A stretch of 64,000 nucleotides of DNA from the sequence record NC_016163.1, one strand, 5' to 3'. The position numbers were made by a program, and so were the translations under genes. Below are positions 57,616 to 64,000 of this stretch, piece by piece. How positions within the stretch are numbered: position 1 is the first letter of the stretch; each line of letters starts with the position of its first letter. The notes below the pieces were generated by a model, which saw only the letters and a list, made by a program, of their open reading frames with translations, searched no databases and was not told where the DNA came from.

Positions 57616-58905
57616 TAACTTATATCTTTTTAGTACTATCTAGTGATGTATCCTCCCAAAATTGATCCCTAACAGTGTTTTAGTATCTATAAGGATCAAT
57701 TATGAAAAGTAAATCAAAACAACTTAAGATAATTAGCAAGAAGTATTTAAATGCATTAGATTTCTATTATAGTAATGACCATTCGGCAACTTTTGTAGCC
57801 AAAAAATTTCAGCTATCAAAAAATACTTTGTTGAGAATGGTTCGTCTTGGAAATTTTGAAGAATTACCTGATGGTAATATAGCTGAAAAAGATCAAGATT
57901 ATTATATGTGGAAAAATATAATGCATATTTACAAAACTACTAATAAATCGGCTAATGAATTATGTCTAGAATTCAATGTAGGTAAATCATCCTTTGCTAA
58001 AAATCTTAAATATTTTAATTTAAGTTATAAAGGTAGGAGTAACCTGATTGAATTTAAAAGAGATATATTTTCTAAAATAGATTCAAGCGATAAAGCATAC
58101 TGGCTTGGGTTTATTTTAGCTGATGGTTGCATTTATAAAAATGAATTGCGGCTTAAATTAGGGAAAGTAGATTACGTTCATTTGCAAAAATATTGTGATT
58201 TTTTAGGGCTGAGTCATAATCATATTGTTAAAGATGCACATACAATAAAAGTAATTGTATGTGATAAAAAAATGATTATCGATCTTAATAAATTAAATAT
58301 TTTTTCTAAAAAATCATGTAAAGAAATTCCACCCATAATAGATCCTATTTTTCATAGAGATCTATTACGTGGATTCTTTGATGGCGATGGATGTATTAAA
58401 ACAAATCTTGCTTCAATATCTTTAGTAGGTAGTAAGGATATGATGGATTTCTGCAATAAAGTATTCCATGAAGAATTAGGAATACCTTTAGGTAAAGTCT
58501 ATTCAGATAAAAAAGTTTATAGATTGGCTTGGTATAGTCTTTTCAATAAACAAAGTATCCTTAGTTGGTTATATGATGGGAGTCATACATATTTAGATAG
58601 GAAATTTAGCTTAGCTAAAAAGATTGGCCGTCTATGAAAGTAATTTTATAGATTATTATTGGGGAAGAAAACGGGAAGGGTTTAGCTATCCTAATCCGAC
58701 TGGAAGGCTATATTTAAAAGTATAGTCACAGGCAACGCATAGTAGGTGAACCTTATAGCGATATAAGAATATAATCCTGCCACGAGTCCCCGACATCCTA
58801 TATAGGATGAAAAGATATGCTAGGCTGGATTGGAAAAGACCAATCGATGAAAATGAGGGAAACCTCCAGAGAGTAAGATAAAAAGCTTACTGTTAATAAC
58901 TACCG
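57616..58905 (+). mobile_element. Group I intron in gyrA (1290 nt) with LAGLIDADG endonuclease
   Basis: Exon ends in U57615 and intron ends in G58905; splicing restores IG|RYHPHGD; core after the ORF: aaaacgggaagg, aatccgac, ggcaacgcatag, aagatatgctag. Confidence 0.92.
57702..58637 (+). CDS. Intron-encoded two-motif LAGLIDADG homing endonuclease with N-terminal HTH-like region
   Basis: AYWLGFILADG and LLRGFFDGDG motifs. Confidence 0.9.
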   Translation: MKSKSKQLKIISKKYLNALDFYYSNDHSATFVAKKFQLSKNTLLRMVRLGNFEELPDGNIAEKDQDYYMWKNIMHIYKTTNKSANELCLEFNVGKSSFAKNLKYFNLSYKGRSNLIEFKRDIFSKIDSSDKAYWLGFILADGCIYKNELRLKLGKVDYVHLQKYCDFLGLSHNHIVKDAHTIKVIVCDKKMIIDLNKLNIFSKKSCKEIPPIIDPIFHRDLLRGFFDGDGCIKTNLASISLVGSKDMMDFCNKVFHEELGIPLGKVYSDKKVYRLAWYSLFNKQSILSWLYDGSHTYLDRKFSLAKKIGRL

Positions 58906-61194
58906 CGTTACCACCCTCACGGTGATAGTTCTTGCTATGAATCAATGGTTGGTATGTCTCAAGGATTCCGTAAATTGAATCCACTTATTGACCCTCAAGG
59001 TAATAATGGTTCAGTAGATGATTTTAAGTCATTTGCGGCAATGCGATATCTTGAACTGCGTCTTTCTGCTTTTACAAGAGATGTATTCTTCTCTAACTTC
59101 TCTGAGAAGAATAATAACTTCGTTCCTAACTATGATAAAACTCATTTGGAACCGGAAGTATTTACTCCAGTAATTCCAACCATTTTAAATAACGGTATTA
59201 CCGCTATTGCATCAGGCTTCGTCTGTAACCTTCCAACACATCGTGTAACGGATATTGTAGAAGTTACTAAACGTCTGATTGCTGATGCAGACATTAGTGA
59301 TAAAGAACTAGCTAAAGGTTTTTATCCAGACTTTCCTTTAGGTGCCACTATCATTAACCGTGATGACCTGATTGATATGTACACCAAAGGTCAAGGTGTA
59401 ATTCAGGTTCAGGCAACATTAGAAGATGGCGATTTTAAAGGTAAGCCAGCTATTATTGTACGTGATCTTCCTCCAGAAGTAAGCGTTAACAAAATACTTG
59501 AACAAATTCGTTTTGGTCTTACGCCAGAAGATGTTAAAAAAGCTAAGAAAAAGAAAACTCTTACTAAACCTGGATGCCTAATTGAGCTTATTCAGGATGT
59601 TAAAGATATCAGTACCAAAAAAGAAGGTATCGGTATCGCATTACTTCTTAAAAAAGGTGTAGATTCCGGTACCGTTAAAAACGTATTGTATAAATCTACA
59701 AGTCTACGTTATTCTGTAAAATATCAGGCTAACGTACTTATTGAAGGTAAGCTAGAATCTAACTGTTCTCTTAAGAAACTACTCAGTACTTGGGTGGCTT
59801 TCCGTCGCAATACAGTTCGTCGTATTCTTAATATTAAGATTGCAGATTATTCTGAACAGCAATCTCTTAAACAAGCTTTAATTAAAGCCCTAGGCAAGAT
59901 CGATAAAGTTATCGAAATTGTTCAAAATGCATCTGATAAGAAAGAAGCTATTGATAAAATTCGTAAGCTTCTCTCAATTGGATTCAACCAAGCAACATAT
60001 ATCGTTGAAACCAAACTTTATCAGCTATCAAAAATGTCTGTCCAAGATCTTAAAGACGAAATTAAGACTCTTGGAGAAAAGATTAAAGAATCCGTAGAAA
60101 CTATTTCTGATGATCATCGTATTGATGAAATCATTGTAGAAGAAATGGATAGAATTATTGAGAAACACTGTAAGAAAGAAAAACGTACTACAGATGTAAT
60201 CAATATTACTAGCTCTCTTGATGATGTTAAAGCTTTTGTTCAACCAGAGAATTTAGTAATTGGTTTTGCTAAAGAAATGGATGATTTGGATAATGCAGGT
60301 TATTCCTCTAATGCTTATGTATTTGCCAAATCAACTGATGAAATCATTTCTGGTGATACTCGCGGTCGTAAAGGTCAGAATTTTGTACCTAGTACGGTTA
60401 AGAAAGTAATTATTGAGACATTCACTGTAAATACTCATGATTATATTCTATGCTTTACTACTGACGGTAAATTGATTATTCGTCAGGGATATGAATTCAA
60501 TATGTGGAATAAACCTATTGGGGCTATTCTTAATCTGGAAGGTCGCCGTATTAGTACTATTATTCCTATCACTGAAAAAGATCTAGACAAATATCTTGTA
60601 TTTGTCACTGAAGCAGGTTATATGAAACGTATCCCTGTTGATGGATTTGATCTTAATCGTAAAGCGGCAGTTATTGCTATTAAACCTACAGAGGGCGATA
60701 TTCTTAAAGCCGTATCTTTGTCTCTTTCTGAGATTGATAATGTGTTTGTATACTCTAATGAGGGTAAGGCTCAACGTCTGTTAGCTTCTCAGATTGATGA
60801 AATGACCAGAGCATCTGCCGGACGTTGCCGTTTGACACTAGGTGAAGATGAATACGTAGTAGGTCTAACTGTAGGTAATACAGATACTACTAAAATTCTG
60901 ATGTGTGCAAGTAATGGTAAAGGTAAGATCATTGACCTTGAAGAATTCCCACTTCGTCGTGGTGATAAAGGTCGTCGTTCTATGCTTAAAGCAATTACTC
61001 TGGCAGAAGGGGAAATGCTTATTGGAGCTTTGATTGTCAAAGAAGAAGATTCTGTAGCATTCAATACTTCTAATAACAAAATTGTGTCTCTGAATGTAGC
61101 TAATGTTACCACTCTTGGACGTAATGCCAAAGGTATGACTCTAGCTAAGCCAAGTGAAGGTGAGATTATTACATCCATCACTTATTCTAATTAA
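58906..61194 (+). CDS. gyrA: DNA gyrase subunit A, exon 2 (catalytic Tyr, coiled coil, beta-pinwheel CTD)
   Basis: [31 protein letters not shown] repeats, GyrA-box-like TRGRKGQ. Confidence 0.93.
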   Translation, partial: RYHPHGDSSCYESMVGMSQGFRKLNPLIDPQGNNGSVDDFKSFAAMRYLELRLSAFTRDVFFSNFSEKNNNFVPNYDKTHLEPEVFTPVIPTILNNGITAIASGFVCNLPTHRVTDIVEVTKRLIADADISDKELAKGFYPDFPLGATIINRDDLIDMYTKGQGVIQVQATLEDGDFKGKPAIIVRDLPPEVSVNKILEQIRFGLTPEDVKKAKKKKTLTKPGCLIELIQDVKDISTKKEGIGIALLLKKGVDSGTVKNVLYKSTSLRYSVKYQANVLIEGKLESNCSLKKLLSTWVAFRRNTVRRILNIKIADYSEQQSLKQALIKALGKIDKVIEIVQNASDKKEAIDKIRKLLSIGFNQATYIVETKLYQLSKMSVQDLKDEIKTLGEKIKESVETISDDHRIDEIIVEEMDRIIEKHCKKEKRTTDVINITSSLDDVKAFVQPENLVIGFAKEMDDLDNAGYSSNAYVFAKSTDEIISGDTRGRKGQNFVPSTVKKVIIETFTVNTHDYILCFTTDGKLIIRQGYEFNMWNKPIGAILNLEGRRISTIIPITEKDLDKYLVFVTEAGYMKRIPVDGFDLNRKAAVIAIKPTEGDILKAVSLSLSEIDNVFVYSNEGKAQRLLASQIDEMTRASAGRCRLTLGEDEYVVGLTVGNTDTTKILMCASNGKGKIIDLEEFPLRRGDKGRRSMLKAITLAEGEMLIGALIVKEEDSVAFNTSNNKIVSLNVANVTTLGRNAKGMTLAKPSEGEIITSITYSN

Positions 61195-61204
61195 TTAAGT
61201 CAAA

Positions 61205-61234
61205 AGGGTATAAGGATTAATTTCCTTATACCCT
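61205..61234 (+). terminator. Terminator hairpin after gyrA
   Basis: agggtataagga / tccttataccct. Confidence 0.75.
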
Positions 61235-61387
61235 ATATTTTTTTATTTCAAAAGTTTCGTAAGTAAATAATTTTTAAATATATATTATAATTATGATAAT
61301 CAAGATGATTATCATCTATTATGAGGAAGCATATTAGATAATATTTAAATTAAATAACTGTACGCAAACTTTTTGGAGGTATAACCT

Positions 61388-61672
61388 ATGTTCGTAACTA
61401 AGTTATTAAATAAGTTCTTTAAAAAGGATGCAAAGCAGAATAAAGCCACTAAGACCCCGAATGATGATTTATTCAGAGGTCAAATTCAAAAAGGTATTGA
61501 TATCCAGGTACCTAACAAGCTAATAGACCAGACTCCAAAATTTATCAGGCATGAAGATCCTCAGCCTATAACATTTAACAAGACTCAAAATAAGAGTCGG
61601 AAGCAGTCTAAAAGCAACTATTTGCGTGCTAAAGTACGACCTAACTCTCGTACTCAGAACGCCGGTCTTTAA
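61388..61672 (+). CDS. Basic hypothetical protein
   Basis: RBS ggagg; early motif 61279-61286. Confidence 0.7.
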   Translation: MFVTKLLNKFFKKDAKQNKATKTPNDDLFRGQIQKGIDIQVPNKLIDQTPKFIRHEDPQPITFNKTQNKSRKQSKSNYLRAKVRPNSRTQNAGL

Positions 61673-61798
61673 TTTTTAACCAACGGCAATGGGGGTGTTA
61701 ATACACCCCCTTACACATTTCACACACTCGGAGAATTCTAAGCAAGCTATAAATGCGTCCTTAGTCGACAATAATAAACTATAGGAAAGAACCCAAAA

Positions 61799-62515
61799 AT
61801 GTTTACCACAATAAAAGATTATTTAATTGGAAGTACTATTAAGGCTGTGATATTCACACTAGCAATGGTCTCCGTAACAGTAGGTATTTCGATTCCGGTA
61901 ACTCCAGCTTCTACCATAGGAACTCCTACTCCAGATTTATCTGAATCAGATATTCAGAACTTGATTAAAGAAGCTGATGCACGTAATAAAGAACTCACAA
62001 CTCCCGCTAAACCTACAGGAGCGTTCTTTAATCCTAAACCCGTAGCTGAAAACAGCAAAATGTATGATGGGTTTCGAATGGATGATATAGTAGATTTGAT
62101 CTACTATCAACACAACAAAATTGTCGAGAGAGAAAAAATCTCTAATCTTGTACAAATAGTTATAGAGGAAGCACCTAAATATGGCAATCCGCCAATACAC
62201 GTAGTATTAGCTATTATCAATAAAGAAAGTACATGGAATTCCAAAGCACGTTCTGGTAGCTCATATGGGCCTATGCAAGTACATTATCGTGTATGGGGTG
62301 ACTACTGTAACTTAGATTCAGCAAAGAGTTTATATAACCCCAGAATAGGGGTACGATGTGGCTTAAAAGTCTTTACCTATTATTTGGAAGCAAATAATGG
62401 AAATGTAAATAAAACCTTGCAACGATATCGAGGAAGCGATTCTCGAACAAATAATCGATATGCAAGAGACGTTTTGCGAACTGCAAATAAAATAAAAACT
62501 GTTTTATCTTCTTAA
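61799..62515 (+). CDS. Membrane-anchored or exported soluble lytic transglycosylase (SLT)
   Basis: N-terminal hydrophobic segment; LAIINKES, YGPMQV, LYNPRIGV, LQRYRG. Confidence 0.85.
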   Translation: MFTTIKDYLIGSTIKAVIFTLAMVSVTVGISIPVTPASTIGTPTPDLSESDIQNLIKEADARNKELTTPAKPTGAFFNPKPVAENSKMYDGFRMDDIVDLIYYQHNKIVEREKISNLVQIVIEEAPKYGNPPIHVVLAIINKESTWNSKARSGSSYGPMQVHYRVWGDYCNLDSAKSLYNPRIGVRCGLKVFTYYLEANNGNVNKTLQRYRGSDSRTNNRYARDVLRTANKIKTVLSS

Positions 62516-62532
62516 TAAGATAAGGAATAATT

Positions 62533-63459
62533 ATGAAACTCATCAAAAAAGTAATGTGTGTTGTTGGTTTTTCTGCAGTAACTTTCTTGGCTAACGCCGA
62601 TGATATCTCTACTGGCGTTAAATTTACTAAAGAAAACCCTGTCGGTACCGTAGAAGTTCAAGGCAAACGTTTTCCAGTGTATCAAAAATCACTGGTTGTC
62701 AACGTAGGCAATCAAGATGGTACCAATTACGTCTACAATACTCAGTACCAAACTGAATGTCTTAATGAGATGAAAGTCTCTAAAGATCTGCTTGATAAAG
62801 CAATTAATGCACTTCCTCAAGACACTGAATATTCAGTGTTCCACTTTTACCGTCAATCCACGAACAGTAACAAAGTAGAGGAAGGCTGTATGCTTTCAGT
62901 CAACCAATCCAATACAGTTAGTATTGTGGATGGTGAGTTTCATAAAGTTTTATTTACTGGTAAACCAGTCTACTTTGCTTCTGAAGGTGGTGCGACATTC
63001 GTAGCCAATGCAAATGTAACACAAAATACCCGTGAAGTAATGGAGAATGCAATCGGTAGTATGACTCCCCCTAAAGAGAAAAATGAACAGACTGTATTTC
63101 ACAGCACTCTTCCTTTAGAGAAAGCTACTACCATGAACATTGCTAAGCTTCAGATTATTTCAGCTAGTCCAGAACTTCTTGTAGCTAAAGGTATTTTACC
63201 TAATGTCAAAGATTTTGGGCCGTTGCGTACAATGATGGGTCTTGAAGATTGCGAAACAGTTTTAGCTTCTAAAACCACTGCTTATTTAGCTAAAAAAGCT
63301 AATGACGATGGCCCGATTTCTGAGACTTCTCTGTATATTGCCGAACAAGACGGAAAAACTATGGACTATGGTTGCTATGCAATGATTGATGGTAACAAAG
63401 GTGCATATTTCCTACCAAACGGTGCAACTGAAGGCTTCATGGTTCAGTTCGTAAAATAA
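62533..63459 (+). CDS. Exported (Sec signal peptide) protein of unknown function
   Basis: MKLIKKVMCVVGFSAVTFLANA followed by DD, a signal peptidase I-type site; RBS aagga. Confidence 0.75.
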   Translation: MKLIKKVMCVVGFSAVTFLANADDISTGVKFTKENPVGTVEVQGKRFPVYQKSLVVNVGNQDGTNYVYNTQYQTECLNEMKVSKDLLDKAINALPQDTEYSVFHFYRQSTNSNKVEEGCMLSVNQSNTVSIVDGEFHKVLFTGKPVYFASEGGATFVANANVTQNTREVMENAIGSMTPPKEKNEQTVFHSTLPLEKATTMNIAKLQIISASPELLVAKGILPNVKDFGPLRTMMGLEDCETVLASKTTAYLAKKANDDGPISETSLYIAEQDGKTMDYGCYAMIDGNKGAYFLPNGATEGFMVQFVK

Positions 63460-63464
63460 AAACT

Positions 63465-63494
63465 TCCCTATACCTTCTTCGGAGGGTATAGGGA
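63465..63494. terminator. Bidirectional UUCG terminator
   Basis: ccctatacc-ttc-ttcg-gag-ggtataggg plus long T tract. Confidence 0.8.
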
Positions 63495-63513
63495 GTTTAT
63501 TTTTTTTTTTTTT

Positions 63514-63993
63514 TTAAGCTACATATATTTTTTTGGTAGGTGAATATTTAAGCTGTTCTTTACGTAAGCGCTCAATTAAATCATCACGTTTATCAGGAAT
63601 ACTTGAAAGTTCATCCATATTAAGATTAATTTGCGCCACAGCAGTATTAAGCTGGGAGAAGTATTTTCTAAAGCCAAATACATCCATCATTACATCATAG
63701 TAGGCAAGTTTTTTAACCATTTCTGAAGCACCAACTGGAAGGGTACTAAAGTCTTTCCTATGAGTAGTTTTTAACACTAAAGCTAGCTCGGTAAGAGAAT
63801 AAGTAGAATATACTCTTAACTGATTAGGTGGTAAGAACTGCCAAGTTTCAGGGTTAAGAACTGCTGAATTAAGAGTTGATGCAAACTTAGAAGTAGTTAT
63901 TGCACCAATGATAGTTTGATAATCAGCGCCAATCGGTGTAAGCATATATGCTGAAGAGTTCATACCTCTAACTGGAGGCATAACTAAAGTCAC
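63514..63993 (-). CDS. Hypothetical protein (true start may lie beyond the window)
   Basis: ORF track; converges on the terminator. Confidence 0.55.
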   Translation of the reverse strand: MTLVMPPVRGMNSSAYMLTPIGADYQTIIGAITTSKFASTLNSAVLNPETWQFLPPNQLRVYSTYSLTELALVLKTTHRKDFSTLPVGASEMVKKLAYYDVMMDVFGFRKYFSQLNTAVAQINLNMDELSSIPDKRDDLIERLRKEQLKYSPTKKIYVA

Positions 63994-64000
63994 GTCCAGA

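Noticed and set aside
58945-61194. ORF-track 749-aa protein and the 70-aa ORF at 57406 as separate genes or a pseudogene
   Set aside because: The frame extends upstream to RYHPHGD at 58906, and a group I intron joins the two parts into intact gyrA.
1659-62200. Numerous 60-140-aa ORFs antisense to or nested in long genes (e.g. 1659, 3648, 16430, 25384, 36424, 43267, 56746, 60789)
   Set aside because: No RBS or promoter support, they overlap well-supported genes, and their composition is what codon bias on the opposite frame would produce.
90-63494. Recurrent hairpins as a CRISPR array or REP/IS ends
   Set aside because: They are dispersed singly at gene ends, not regularly spaced direct repeats with spacers, and no cas or transposase gene is present.

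Overview
AT-rich 64-kb segment of a lytic jumbo myophage. It carries its own multisubunit RNA polymerase beta'-like subunit, an NAD-dependent ligase, SSB, a Dda/RecD-like helicase and both gyrase subunits. The promoter grammar and RNAP type point to the AR9/phiR1-37-like group (inference), and the tail-fibre and assembly proteins suggest an enterobacterial-type host. Plus-strand genes are mostly early/replication/host-takeover genes preceded by TATATTAT. Minus-strand genes are mostly late virion/lysis genes preceded by AACA-N6-T(A/G). gyrB and gyrA are each split by a group I intron, with splice sites resolved here at 48932-50026 and 57616-58905. Each intron carries a homing endonuclease with its own internal late promoter. 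The late block contains three large tandem Kelch beta-propeller proteins, two tail-fibre/chaperone pairs, a holin plus SLT cassette, and a two-gene TM-coiled-coil plus PAS-domain operon with no output domain. The early block contains a MoxR-AAA/vWA-metallopeptidase pair, three orphan antitoxin-like genes (HicB and two HigA), a strongly codon-biased 445-aa unknown gene and exported proteins. Two ORF-free, promoter-to-terminator structured intervals are candidate small RNAs. No tRNA, rRNA or CRISPR array was seen. All family assignments come from motif recognition by eye; no database searches were run.
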